Assembly: GCA_030651135.1 (NCBI GenBank)
Contig: JAUSCS010000006.1
Coordinates: forward strand, 650,160-714,159
Origin: Candidatus Woesearchaeota archaeon
GTDB lineage: Archaea; Nanobdellota; Nanobdellia; Woesearchaeales; JACPBO01
DNA: 64,000 nucleotides
Direction: 5' to 3'
Positions 1 to 9,995 of the stretch are shown here, one piece after another (position 1 is the first letter of the stretch; each line of letters starts with the position of its first letter). Position numbers and translations under genes: made by a program. Under the pieces are notes generated by a model, which saw nothing but the letters and a program-made list of their open reading frames with translations, had not been told where the DNA came from and searched no databases.

Positions 1-1277
1 TTGCGTTAGATCAGGCAAAGGTTGTTGGCAAAAGGCCGCATGGAAGATTAGCCGGGCTGACTGTCTCGATAAAAGACTGTATCTGCGTTGATGGCGTTGA
101 ATCAACTGCCGGCTCAAAAATATTGAAAGGTTACAATCCTGTTTTCAATGCAACTGTTGTTGAAAAAATAATAAGGGAAGGGGCGATTATTGTCGGAAAA
201 ACATCGCAGGATGAATTTGGCTTCGGAGGATTTTCCATTAATACTGGTGTTGACTTTAAAATTCCATTGAATCCTTTTGATAAGGAAAGGAGCTGCGGAG
301 GAAGCTCTGGCGGCTCTGGCGGTATAACGCAAAAAGCATCTTTCCCGCATATCAGTTTGGGTGAAAGCACAGGCGGATCAATTGTAAATCCTGCATCGTT
401 CTGCGGGGTTGTAGGCTTGTGCCCCACATATGGAAGAGTTTCCCGTTATGGTTTGATAGATTACGCTAATAGCCTTGATAAAATCGGGCCAATGGCCAAG
501 AATGTTTATGATGCTGCGCTGATGCTTGAAATAATTTCAGGGCATGACCCAAAAGACTCAACAACAATAAGCAAGGCTGTTGAAAAATATACAGATGCTG
601 TTGGAAAAGACTGCGATGGAATGAAGATCGGCATTATAAAGGACTCATTTGGCGAGGGAACAGACAAGGAAGTTAAAAACAAGGTTATGGATGCTGTTAA
701 AAAGCTTGAAAAAAACAATGTGAAATACGAAGAAGTTTCATTGCCAATAACATATAAATACGGGATTGCATGCTACTATCTTATCGCAATGTCTGAGTCC
801 TCAACAAACCTTGCAAAGTACTGCGGAATGAGATACGGGAAGCATGAAAAGCTTGAAGGCAATTTTAATGAATATTTTTCAAAAGTAAGGTCGCTTAACT
901 TTGGCCCAGAAGCAAAAAGAAGAATTATTCTTGGAACATTCGCAAGAATGGCAGGCTACAGGGATGCTTATTATATCAAAGCAATGAAAGTAAGGACAAA
1001 GGTTATTGATGAATACAAAAAATTATTCAAGAAATATGATGCATTGATCTCACCCACAATGCCGATAACTGCTCCAAAAATAAAAGAGATAGAAAAGCTA
1101 ACTCCTTTGCAGAATTATATGATGGACATCATGACTGTTGGCCCTAATCTAGCGGGTCTGCCGCATATAAGTATTCCTGTCAGGTTTAAAGGCAATATGC
1201 CGATAGGCATGATGATTATTGGCGATCATCTTGAAGAAAGCAAGATAATCCAATTAGGAAGCGCAGTGGAAAAATGA
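1..1277 (+). CDS. gatA: Glu-tRNA(Gln) amidotransferase subunit A (amidase family); 5' end lies upstream of the window
   Basis: Frame 3 is open from nt 3 (ALDQAKVVGKRPHGRLAGLTVSIKDCICVDGVESTAGSK...). Amidase signature GGSSGGSGG is present and gatB lies 4.4 kb downstream. Confidence 0.85.
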   Translation, partial: ALDQAKVVGKRPHGRLAGLTVSIKDCICVDGVESTAGSKILKGYNPVFNATVVEKIIREGAIIVGKTSQDEFGFGGFSINTGVDFKIPLNPFDKERSCGGSSGGSGGITQKASFPHISLGESTGGSIVNPASFCGVVGLCPTYGRVSRYGLIDYANSLDKIGPMAKNVYDAALMLEIISGHDPKDSTTISKAVEKYTDAVGKDCDGMKIGIIKDSFGEGTDKEVKNKVMDAVKKLEKNNVKYEEVSLPITYKYGIACYYLIAMSESSTNLAKYCGMRYGKHEKLEGNFNEYFSKVRSLNFGPEAKRRIILGTFARMAGYRDAYYIKAMKVRTKVIDEYKKLFKKYDALISPTMPITAPKIKEIEKLTPLQNYMMDIMTVGPNLAGLPHISIPVRFKGNMPIGMMIIGDHLEESKIIQLGSAVEK

Positions 1278-1414
1278 CAAAATGGGGCAATCAGAAGGAT
1301 GTTACAGCTTTGGAAAGCGAAGACAAGCCAAAGAAATGCCCAGACTGCGGCGGCAAGATCGTCTTTGAAGATGGCGAATTAATCTGCAGGGTTTGCGGGC
1401 TGATAGTTGAATAA
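1274..1414 (+). CDS. 46-aa C4 zinc-ribbon protein (CPDCGG...CRVCG), start overlaps the gatA stop (ATGA)
   Basis: ORF below the track cutoff: MTKWGNQKDVTALESEDKPKKCPDCGGKIVFEDGELICRVCGLIVE, with two CxxC pairs. Confidence 0.45.
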   Translation: MTKWGNQKDVTALESEDKPKKCPDCGGKIVFEDGELICRVCGLIVE

Positions 1415-1432
1415 TTTGAATAACGCGTTGGA

Positions 1433-2260
1433 ATGATCATGCAAAAAAGAGGCCAGATAACTGCATTCATTATAATAGGGCTTGTTCTAGTTATTTCTCT
1501 GGTCATTGTTTTTTCAATATCGGGCGGCAGGCAGGCAAGCGAGCTGAAAAGCTCAGCTGCTGAGGCAACTGTTGGCAGCGTAGAAACAACCGTGATCCGC
1601 ACATATATTGAGAATTGCCTGAAGACTACATCTCAGGATGCTGTCTTTTCAAAAATAGGGCTGCACGGGGGATATTTAACAGAAGAAACAGACGTAAATT
1701 ATGCCCACTATCAGGACGACGAAATTACTTATTACGTTCCTTATTATGTTGATGGTGCAGCTATTTCTATTCCTGCGCTCAGCTATATTGAAGCCAAAGC
1801 AGGAGAATATGTTGCAGCAGAAGTTGACACGTGCATTGATTTCGATATGCTGAAAGATCTGGGATATAATATAACAAAAGAGGATGAAATAGAAGTGAGC
1901 TTTAAAATAAACAGGGAAGATATTTCTGTTTCAATGCAATATCTGATAACTGCAAAAAAGGACTCCTCTATGGCAGAATTGTCGCAGTTCAGTGTTGTGC
2001 TTCCGATAAGGCTTGGATTGTTGTATGAAAAAGCAAATGAAATTGTGAATGCGATAAAAGCTGCAGAGCAAATCCAGCCGCCTGAAAATTATGATATTTC
2101 GCAGCACTGCAGTATGTTCGACAATAACGTCAATGTTTATTTTAAGAACGGTGAAATAGTGCAGCTGGTCGACTTCAAAACTTATGATTACAAATATACA
2201 CATTCAACCATATACCAGTTCGCAATACAAAATGTCAGATTCACAGGTGAGTGCAGTTGA
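1433..2260 (+). CDS. hypothetical membrane-anchored protein (N-terminal TM helix)
   Basis: 275-aa ORF with an N-terminal hydrophobic helix; no recognisable motif. Overlaps the next ORF by 10 nt. Confidence 0.45.
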   Translation: MIMQKRGQITAFIIIGLVLVISLVIVFSISGGRQASELKSSAAEATVGSVETTVIRTYIENCLKTTSQDAVFSKIGLHGGYLTEETDVNYAHYQDDEITYYVPYYVDGAAISIPALSYIEAKAGEYVAAEVDTCIDFDMLKDLGYNITKEDEIEVSFKINREDISVSMQYLITAKKDSSMAELSQFSVVLPIRLGLLYEKANEIVNAIKAAEQIQPPENYDISQHCSMFDNNVNVYFKNGEIVQLVDFKTYDYKYTHSTIYQFAIQNVRFTGECS

Positions 2261-3180
2261 AAAAAAACAATGCAGTATTTTTTGTTTTGATGATTTTATT
2301 TATTTTTATTTCTGTAAAAATAGCCCAGGCTGTTCCAGATTCTGACCGCGATGGTGTTCCTGACGCAAATGACAAATGCCCAGGCACAGCTGTATTGATC
2401 GTTGACAGCAATGGCTGCTCCTGCGCCCAAAAAAACTGCCCCAGCTTGAACAATCCGTGCAGAAAAGACTGCGATGACAGCACTTATGAAGCGATATGCG
2501 GCAAGCCGATCGATTATGCGTCATGCGGCAGCGCAAGAACGTGCCCAGAGGATAAATGCGAAGGAGATCTTTTTGTTGATTATCCTGAAAGCAAGAATGA
2601 TTACTGCCTGAACGGAGACTGCTTTGCTTATTCATGCGCAGCATTAAGCAGAGCATATAATGCAGATTGCGCATCTGGAAAAAAACCCAACATTAATGAA
2701 AGCGTTAATAAAACTGTTACGAGCAGCATAATCAATTTAACCAATCTGACAAACATTACAAATCTAACAAGTGCGGCTATTGGGGGAGGCGTTGCAGAAA
2801 ATTTAGAAAATGCCAGCGGCCTTAATCTTTCAAACCAATCAGCAACAAGCAAAGATTCAGGATTTCCGTTTATTCCTTCTGGCGAAGAAAGAACTGCTGC
2901 CAGTCCAATAAAATTCAATCTCGATGCAAGAATAATCATTGTTGGCTTTATTTCAATAGCAATCTTAATCGCAATCATATCGGCAATTCTGATCATAGCA
3001 AGGCAGATTGCAGTATCAGAAGCTGTTTCAATAGAAAGAGATTTGAAGCTGAGAAGATACATATTGGCGGCATTGGCAGCAGGATTTACAATTGATCAGA
3101 TAAGAAGAAGGTTGAAAATGTCAAAGATCCCGGACAAGCATGTTAAGAGGGCGATGAGGGGGATAAGGTTAAAGCGCTAA
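2251..3180 (+). CDS. secreted Cys-rich surface protein with a thrombospondin-type-3-like Ca-binding motif, N-glycosylation sequon cluster and C-terminal TM anchor
   Basis: A GTG start gives a signal peptide MQLKKNNAVFFVLMILFIFISVKIAQA. It carries DSDRDGVPDANDKCPG, 16 Cys, NLTNLTNITNLTS sequons, a C-terminal hydrophobic helix and a basic tail. Confidence 0.5.
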   Translation: MQLKKNNAVFFVLMILFIFISVKIAQAVPDSDRDGVPDANDKCPGTAVLIVDSNGCSCAQKNCPSLNNPCRKDCDDSTYEAICGKPIDYASCGSARTCPEDKCEGDLFVDYPESKNDYCLNGDCFAYSCAALSRAYNADCASGKKPNINESVNKTVTSSIINLTNLTNITNLTSAAIGGGVAENLENASGLNLSNQSATSKDSGFPFIPSGEERTAASPIKFNLDARIIIVGFISIAILIAIISAILIIARQIAVSEAVSIERDLKLRRYILAALAAGFTIDQIRRRLKMSKIPDKHVKRAMRGIRLKR

Positions 3181-4835
3181 GAAAGATTTAAGCTATCATA
3201 GATTTTCTCAAATAAAACCCCTTTTCTAAAAACAACGGGTGAGCCAGAACTTAAATCTATTATTGTTCCGCCTTTTCTTTCAGGATTTTGATATTTTGCA
3301 GGTTTTGAATCATAAATTATGTAATCAACATTATTGACCATTTGTACGGGCAGTTCTTCAAATACCGCACAATTTCCTTCTCCAGTATTATTGGCTGAAG
3401 ACCCGACAATTAAAACCTTGTCTTTCGTTGATAATTGCGCTAATGCTTCAATAACATTTCCAGGATTAAACGGAACTGCAATTTTTCCATCCTGCACCGT
3501 ATGATTCAATACCCACTCCGATAATGCGCCATACCATTGTCTAGATCTTGGGTTGATAGGAACTAAAAAAGAACACAGGTATCCTGCTTCTTTAATTGAC
3601 CGGATATATTTTTCATATGTTGGTATGGGCACATAAGTGACATCATCAAATATTTCTTGGTTATTTCCTATTACCATGCAAGGCTTATATTCAGGCCTTC
3701 CTTTTAATTCATACATCTTCTTTATGGCTTCTTCAGAATTTCCCAATAGCACATAACCAACATCTGAAGGAACTAAAATTAACCCGCCTTCTTTAAGAAC
3801 AGCATATGCCCTTTTAACCTCACGATCGACATTAGCATCACCTAACTCGCTACTTGAATATTTGCCTTGTTTCAATAGCCTTTCCCTCCCTACGTTGTTA
3901 GGATCAAACAATTCATAAGTGGCTGTATTTTTTAAGATGCCTTTTTGATGAGTTCCGCTTAAAGTCGTGAAGGATGTTTTCCCGACTACTGCTTTTTCAC
4001 AAGGAGAATCTCTCCCCAATACAGTATAAACCAATTTGCTTGTTCCAAAGAGCAATTTGGGCTTTATATTTGTTGTAAAATTATAAAAATCAGGCCTTGC
4101 GATTGAAGCAGCAATTATCTCTTCTAATGCGCAATTACCGCTTCGTTCCCCAACACCATTGATAGTTGTCTGTATTTCATCAACTCCTGCTTTGATTGCT
4201 GCCAGAGTATTTGCAACTGCTAATCCCAAATCATTATGCATATGAACACTTATTTTTAAAGAATCTTTAAAATGAGCTTTTATTTTTTTTATCAGATCTC
4301 TAAATTCTTCTGGCTGCGAATGACCTAAAGTATCAGCTATAACGATGCTATTCGCTCCTGCCTTTTTGGATTCTTCACATAATTTAACAAAGAAGGCATA
4401 ATCTGCTCTTGTTGCGTCCTCGATCCCAATAGCCACATCCTGAAATCTTTGTTTTGCGTATTGTGCTGCTTTAATGGTGTTTTCAATAGTTTGCTCTTTT
4501 GACCAACCCAGTTTATTAATCAGAATATCTGAACCAACAGTTGCTAATTCTATTTGAGCATTTTTGTTGGATTTTATGGCATAGTGGGCTGCATCAATAT
4601 CGGATTGATGTAATCTTGAAAATACGCACAACTTTGCATTTAAGTTAAGGCGGCTTATTTCTTGTGCAGCAAGATACTCCATATAACACGCTGCAGGAAA
4701 CCCTGCCTCAATTGTGTTTATGCCCAATTTATCCAGAGCCTTGGCTACCTCTATTTTCTGGGCAATAGTCATCCTGTTATTTGCTCCTTGCTCTCCGTCC
4801 CTGAGTGTTGTGTCGAAAATATTTACCTGTTTCAT
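3177..4835 (-). CDS. fusion protein: N-terminal HMGL-like (LeuA/homocitrate-synthase-type) TIM-barrel domain plus C-terminal YrdC/Sua5 (threonylcarbamoyl-AMP synthase-like) domain
   Basis: The N-terminus MKQVNIFDTTLRDGEQ...HMHNDLGLAVANTLAA matches the HMGL-like family. The C-terminus EGGLILVPSDVGYVLLGNSEEAIKKMYELKGRPEYKPCMVI...GGTIIDLSSGSPVVFRKG matches the YrdC fold. A single uninterrupted 552-aa frame. Confidence 0.65.
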   Translation of the reverse strand: MKQVNIFDTTLRDGEQGANNRMTIAQKIEVAKALDKLGINTIEAGFPAACYMEYLAAQEISRLNLNAKLCVFSRLHQSDIDAAHYAIKSNKNAQIELATVGSDILINKLGWSKEQTIENTIKAAQYAKQRFQDVAIGIEDATRADYAFFVKLCEESKKAGANSIVIADTLGHSQPEEFRDLIKKIKAHFKDSLKISVHMHNDLGLAVANTLAAIKAGVDEIQTTINGVGERSGNCALEEIIAASIARPDFYNFTTNIKPKLLFGTSKLVYTVLGRDSPCEKAVVGKTSFTTLSGTHQKGILKNTATYELFDPNNVGRERLLKQGKYSSSELGDANVDREVKRAYAVLKEGGLILVPSDVGYVLLGNSEEAIKKMYELKGRPEYKPCMVIGNNQEIFDDVTYVPIPTYEKYIRSIKEAGYLCSFLVPINPRSRQWYGALSEWVLNHTVQDGKIAVPFNPGNVIEALAQLSTKDKVLIVGSSANNTGEGNCAVFEELPVQMVNNVDYIIYDSKPAKYQNPERKGGTIIDLSSGSPVVFRKGVLFEKIYDSLNLS

Positions 4836-4941
4836 ATAATTACCGTACAGTAATTACATTTATTAAAGTATATAAATCTTTGTTGTAAATATAATTACTA
4901 CAAATAGAAACATTTAAAAGGCCGAGAATATATCCTGCATT

Positions 4942-5700
4942 ATGAGAGAAGATGTATTAAAGTCGCTTGGGCTTTCAGACAAAGAAGCCAAGACTTACAT
5001 TGTGCTGCTGGAACTTGGCCCTAGCTTAGCCAGCGAAGTGTCAAAAAAGACAGACATTCCAAGAACATTTACATATGACATTTTAAACGAGCTGATCAAG
5101 AAAGGACTGGCTTCTTACTTCATAAAAGAGAACAGAAAATACTTCAGGGCAACAGATCCTGAAAACCTAAAGACAGTGATAGAGCAGCAGAAGAGAATTC
5201 AATTATCGCTAATTTCAGAGGCATTGCCTGAATTAAATGAAATAAAATTCAAAGAGGCAGAAGAAAAGCCAAAAGTTGAATTGTATGAAGGAAAAGAAGG
5301 AGTTAAGACGATCCTGAACGATATCCTCAATACAAGGCCCAAAGAGATTCTTGTATATGGCGGCGTAGGCCAGTCAAGGGTCTTATTCCCAGTATTTATG
5401 AAACACTGGCATAAAAGAAGGCAGGAGCTTAAAATAAAGTTTAAGGTGATCTATAACAAAACAGAAGAGGCAGAGGAGAGGTTTAAAAAATTCAAGGAGG
5501 ATTACAAATATTCTGAGGTGAAGTTTCTGCCGCTCTCTTTTTTCTCCCCAACTGCAATGATAGTTTATAAAAACAAGGTTGCCCTTACTGTGTGGACCAA
5601 ATATCCTTTTGGGATTTTGATACAAAGCAGCGAAATCTCAGAAAATTATAAAAAGAGATTTGAATATTTATGGGAAATGGCAAGTAAAATCATCAAATGA
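4942..5700 (+). CDS. TrmB-family transcriptional regulator
   Basis: N-terminal wHTH LGLSDKEAKTYIVLLELGPSLASEVSKKTDIPRTFTYDILNELIKKGL, typical of TrmB. Confidence 0.65.
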   Translation: MREDVLKSLGLSDKEAKTYIVLLELGPSLASEVSKKTDIPRTFTYDILNELIKKGLASYFIKENRKYFRATDPENLKTVIEQQKRIQLSLISEALPELNEIKFKEAEEKPKVELYEGKEGVKTILNDILNTRPKEILVYGGVGQSRVLFPVFMKHWHKRRQELKIKFKVIYNKTEEAEERFKKFKEDYKYSEVKFLPLSFFSPTAMIVYKNKVALTVWTKYPFGILIQSSEISENYKKRFEYLWEMASKIIK

Positions 5701-5708
5701 GATAAAAA

Positions 5709-7127
5709 ATGACCCAAAACTTTACAAGCGACATTGTGATCGGCCTTGAAATTCACGTTGAATTAAACACAAAAACAAAATTATTCTGCGGCTGCGCAAC
5801 AAAAGGCAATGAAGATCCGAATACAAGAACCTGCCCGACATGCCTGGGCCATCCAGGGAGCAAGCCAGTATTAAACCAGGATGCGCTTGAATTTGCATTG
5901 AAGCTCTGCATTGCCCTTGACGCAGATGTTTCGCCGGAAATTGTCTTTTCAAGAAAATCGTATTTCTATCCTGATATGTCAAAGAATTTTCAGATAACGC
6001 AGTATGAAGTTCCTCTTGCAAAAGACGGGAAATTAAAGCTGAAAGCCGGGAAAACAATCGGAATAGCAAAATTGCATCTTGAGGAAGATCCTGCTTCCCT
6101 TGTCCATATCGGGTCAATGCAACAGTCTCCTTTTGTTCTGGTTGATTACAACAGAAGCGGCAACCCTCTTGTTGAGGTTGTTACAAAGCCCGAGCTTGAA
6201 AGCCCGGAAGAAGCTCGCGACTTTATGAACCAGCTCATTTCAATATTGGCATATTTGAGGATTTTTGACATCAACAATGGGATAATAAAAGCAGATGCAA
6301 ATGTTTCAATAAGGGAGAGCGGCTATGTAAGGGCAGAAGTTAAGAATATAACTGGATTCAAGGACATTGAGAGAGCATTGAGTTATGAAGTTGAAAGGCA
6401 GAAGAAGGAAATCGAAGAAGGCAAAAAATTAAAGCAGGAGACAAGGGCATGGGATTCTGAAAAAGGAATTACATTTTTGCTGAGAACAAAAGAAACAGAA
6501 GAGGATTACGGCTACATAATTGAGCCTGATTTAACAAGGATCGAGATAAGCAGCGAACTAGTTGAAAGAATAAAAGAAGCAATGCCGGAATTGGCGCATG
6601 AAAAGGCGAAGCGTTTTGCCTCGCAATACAAGATAAAGAAAGAAGATGCTGAAGTGCTGGCTCAGGAATTTATGCTTGCAAAGCTTTATGAGCAGGTCGC
6701 AAAGGAAATTGACCCTCTGTTGGCTGCAAAATGGCTGAGAAGGGAATTGCCAAGGGTTCTGAATTATATCAAAAAGGATTTAGAGGAAGTTGAACTTGAT
6801 GAAACGCATATAATTGACCTGCTCGATCTGGTTGAGAAAAAGGTTATAACAGAACAGGTTGCTCAAAGATTATTGGAAAAATTAGTTGAATCTCCTTTTG
6901 ATGTAAAAAAATATGTTAAAGATCAAGGCATGGAAGCTGTTTCTGACAAAAAAGAGCTTGAAAAGTTCTGCATTGAAGCTATTGCAGAGAATCCAAAGGC
7001 AGTTGAAGACTATAAAAAAGGCAATGAAAAGGCGCTGAACTTCATTGTCGGATCAGTCATGAAGAAAACAAAAGGGAAGGCAACTCCTGTTGAAGTTAAT
7101 GAGATATTGAAGAAGCTGGTAAAATAA
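5709..7127 (+). CDS. gatB: Asp/Glu-tRNA amidotransferase subunit B
   Basis: GatB N-terminus IGLEIHVELNTKTKLFCGC...CPTCLGHPGSKP and a GatB/YqeY C-terminal domain; 472 aa. Confidence 0.85.
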   Translation: MTQNFTSDIVIGLEIHVELNTKTKLFCGCATKGNEDPNTRTCPTCLGHPGSKPVLNQDALEFALKLCIALDADVSPEIVFSRKSYFYPDMSKNFQITQYEVPLAKDGKLKLKAGKTIGIAKLHLEEDPASLVHIGSMQQSPFVLVDYNRSGNPLVEVVTKPELESPEEARDFMNQLISILAYLRIFDINNGIIKADANVSIRESGYVRAEVKNITGFKDIERALSYEVERQKKEIEEGKKLKQETRAWDSEKGITFLLRTKETEEDYGYIIEPDLTRIEISSELVERIKEAMPELAHEKAKRFASQYKIKKEDAEVLAQEFMLAKLYEQVAKEIDPLLAAKWLRRELPRVLNYIKKDLEEVELDETHIIDLLDLVEKKVITEQVAQRLLEKLVESPFDVKKYVKDQGMEAVSDKKELEKFCIEAIAENPKAVEDYKKGNEKALNFIVGSVMKKTKGKATPVEVNEILKKLVK

Positions 7128-7217
7128 GGCGCTTTTTCATAATGAAATTTCTACAAAAGAGATTAATCGTTATCTAAAACCACAATCTTTATATATTAAT
7201 ACGTATTTTTACGTAAT

Positions 7218-8033
7218 ATGGTAGAATTGATCAGCAAAATAAGCAAAGGAAGCAGGATGGATCAGGTGTATATCCCGAAAAACAGGTCAGATTTTGCCAT
7301 AGGCAGCTATGTTGTGATAAAGCCGCTGGAAACTATGCCTGAAGAAGTGCTTAAGCCTTTTTTTTATAATATTAAATATCTGGAGCCGATAAAACTTAAA
7401 ATAGTGGAAGAGGTCTTTAAAAATATAGGAATGCTTGTCAAATTCGATAACATAATAATAACAGGCTCTTTTTTGGAAGAAGGGTTTAGATTTAATGATA
7501 TAGACATCATACTTGTCAGCGAAAATAAAATCGATGCAAAACTTATCGAAGCTTCTTTAAAGGAGAAAATTGGAATTGGATTTCATGTAAGTGCTATGAG
7601 CAACAAAGCTTTATTAAAGGGCATTTCCACAGATCCCTTATATCGCGCCATGCTGACTAAATGCGTTTCCAGTAAAAGGCTGATTTATAAAATACGCCCT
7701 GAAATAAACTATAAATTGCTAGACTTGCATCTTCTGAAAAGCAAGCCATTAATAGAAAACTTCGAGTTTTTAACAGGCGACGAAAAGTACAAAATAACAA
7801 GAAACCTTGTTGCCATACGCTTATTTATCGATAAAAAAGAAATAACCAAAAATAAAATAGATTCGGCTATTGATAACATTTTTGGCAGCAAAACAGTCCA
7901 GAAATTAAAAGAAAACATTGTTTTAAAAGAAGATTTTTTGGCTAAGTACAAGAAGCTTTATAAAGGTACTTTGAATAAGATTTTAGAGGGTATAAAGAAT
8001 GAGCCAAAACAAAAGGAGACTGAAGTAATTTAA
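7218..8033 (+). CDS. hypothetical protein, possible minimal nucleotidyltransferase fold
   Basis: GSFLEEGFRFNDIDIILVS resembles the GS...D.D nucleotidyltransferase motif; this is weak. Confidence 0.35.
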   Translation: MVELISKISKGSRMDQVYIPKNRSDFAIGSYVVIKPLETMPEEVLKPFFYNIKYLEPIKLKIVEEVFKNIGMLVKFDNIIITGSFLEEGFRFNDIDIILVSENKIDAKLIEASLKEKIGIGFHVSAMSNKALLKGISTDPLYRAMLTKCVSSKRLIYKIRPEINYKLLDLHLLKSKPLIENFEFLTGDEKYKITRNLVAIRLFIDKKEITKNKIDSAIDNIFGSKTVQKLKENIVLKEDFLAKYKKLYKGTLNKILEGIKNEPKQKETEVI

Positions 8034-8037
8034 TAAA

Positions 8038-8787
8038 ATGATAATCGAATGGCTTTACAGTCTGATAAGCGTACTGATCATCAGCTTGATCTCCCTTATA
8101 GGCGTTTTTACATTTTTCATAAAAGAAAAAACACTGCAGCAGATATTGCTGTTTTTGGTTTCTTTTTCAACAGGCGCATTATTGGGCGATACATTTATTC
8201 ATTTGCTGCCGGAAGTTGTCAGTGAATATGGCTTCAGCATTGTTGTTTCGCTTTATATCCTATGCGGAATGCTTGTATTTTTTATACTTGAAAAATTCCT
8301 TCACTGGAGGCATTGCCACATCCCGACATCAAAGCAGCATCCGCATCCATTGGCTCTTATTAATTTAGTTGGCGATGGCCTGCACAACTTTATAGACGGC
8401 ATGGTGATTGCCGGCTCTTATCTTGTTTCTGTTCCGCTCGGAATTGCGACAACGCTTGCTGTTTTGTTCCATGAAATACCCCAGGAAATGGGAGATTTCG
8501 GGATTTTGCTGCATGCCGGGCTTTCAAAGAAAAAAGCGCTGTTCTTCAATTTTTTATCTGCATTGATCTCTGTTTTTGGAGCAATTTTAATTTTAGCGAT
8601 AGGTGGCGCAATAAAAGATCTTAATCTTTTCATCCTGCCATTTACAGCCGGAGGATTTATTTACATTGCAGGATCTGATCTTATACCGGAGCTGCACAAA
8701 GAAGTGATACCATTAAAGTCTTTAATCCAGCTCATTAGTTTGGTGTTTGGGATTTTGGTGATGATAGTTTTGTTGTTTCTAGGTTAA
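8038..8787 (+). CDS. zupT: ZIP-family divalent metal transporter (ZupT-like)
   Basis: Multi-TM protein carrying the ZIP signature HEIPQEMGDFGILL. Confidence 0.8.
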   Translation: MIIEWLYSLISVLIISLISLIGVFTFFIKEKTLQQILLFLVSFSTGALLGDTFIHLLPEVVSEYGFSIVVSLYILCGMLVFFILEKFLHWRHCHIPTSKQHPHPLALINLVGDGLHNFIDGMVIAGSYLVSVPLGIATTLAVLFHEIPQEMGDFGILLHAGLSKKKALFFNFLSALISVFGAILILAIGGAIKDLNLFILPFTAGGFIYIAGSDLIPELHKEVIPLKSLIQLISLVFGILVMIVLLFLG

Positions 8788-9995
8788 ATCTCAATCATCT
8801 TGCTGATTTCTTCCTTTATCCTCTTCTCAAAATCCGCTATTTTTTCGCCTTCGCCTTTTTCAGCACCAAGAACTTTCATAAGGCTTTTTATCAGGCTTTT
8901 TTCTTTCTCCAAAGACAGTCCTTCAACCTTTATCTGGCCTAAATGCTCTTTAATCAGTTTTTCCTCTGTTTCCTCGACTGATGTCACTTCAACCTTTGTT
9001 TCCTCAAATTCCCTTGATGAAAGCTTGTTTGTGTTTTTCATCACAAAGTATGCTGATTTTTCATAAAGCTTTTCAAAAATTATTTTAAAATCAATGCTTG
9101 ACGGCTTTCCTCTCTCTAGCATTCCCTCAAGCCGTATTGTTACGATTGTGTTGTTGAATTCCTTGTTTTTAATCTCTTTCAAAAGCATTTCATTTATTTC
9201 TTCAGGTGTTTTATTGTCGCAGTTGATTGTCAGCGATAAAACAGGGCATATTTGTATCGGCTCGTAGCTTAATTTATCATCTTCAACAATGTAGAAGCCT
9301 CCATTATGCAGTTTTTCTAATTCAAGGAAGCTATTGGGAAATAATGGGCCAGGATAAGCTATCAATCCATAATCCTTTTCTTTTTTTTCAATTACCTCAT
9401 GGACATGGCCCCCCGCATAATAGTTGAAGTTTTTCGGCAATAATGAAAAGGGGATTGATTCCATGGCTTCCAGATCTTCTGTTTTCAATTCAGTCAGTGC
9501 AGTATGAAATACAAATATCTTGTAACCCTGCTCTTTTTCAAGGGCGGCCCTGTCAAGCAGTTCGTAATAGCCCTTTTCCAAAGTTCCTTTTTTTCCCAGC
9601 AAGCCTGTAATCTTTGCCCCGGTTTTTGGATCAACTGTAAACTTTAATCTGAGCTTTCCATCTTTTTCTTCCCCTCTTGCAGCATTTATGAACAGCCCGG
9701 CTTCTTCCAAAACATCAAGCATTGTTTTTCCTGAAGGTGAGAAATCATGGCTGCCTGCTATGATGTAAACCGGAATGTTTTTGTTTTTTATTTCCTTTAA
9801 CTTTTTAACAGCTGTTTTTAAATTATCAATCGCAGGCAGTGATGTGTTGAAGAGATCGCCGGAGATTATAATGAAGTCAACATTCCGTTCAATGCAGAGG
9901 TCCATTGCCTTTATGAATGCATTTACAGAAAGATCTCTTAATTTCGGCTCTCTCCATGATCCTATGTGCATGTCTGCTAGATGGGCAAATTTCAT
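8784..9995 (-). CDS. mre11: Mre11-type DNA double-strand-break repair nuclease (calcineurin-like phosphoesterase)
   Basis: Phosphoesterase motifs LADMHIG, ISGDLFN, IAGSHDF, FVFHTA and GGHVHE. Confidence 0.7.
   Translation of the reverse strand: MKFAHLADMHIGSWREPKLRDLSVNAFIKAMDLCIERNVDFIIISGDLFNTSLPAIDNLKTAVKKLKEIKNKNIPVYIIAGSHDFSPSGKTMLDVLEEAGLFINAARGEEKDGKLRLKFTVDPKTGAKITGLLGKKGTLEKGYYELLDRAALEKEQGYKIFVFHTALTELKTEDLEAMESIPFSLLPKNFNYYAGGHVHEVIEKKEKDYGLIAYPGPLFPNSFLELEKLHNGGFYIVEDDKLSYEPIQICPVLSLTINCDNKTPEEINEMLLKEIKNKEFNNTIVTIRLEGMLERGKPSSIDFKIIFEKLYEKSAYFVMKNTNKLSSREFEETKVEVTSVEETEEKLIKEHLGQIKVEGLSLEKEKSLIKSLMKVLGAEKGEGEKIADFEKRIKEEISKMIEI

Noticed and set aside
3177-4835. Splitting the 552-aa ORF into separate HMGL-like and YrdC genes
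   Set aside because: A single uninterrupted frame with no internal stop or plausible internal SD/start at the junction. Treated as a genuine fusion, pending resequencing.
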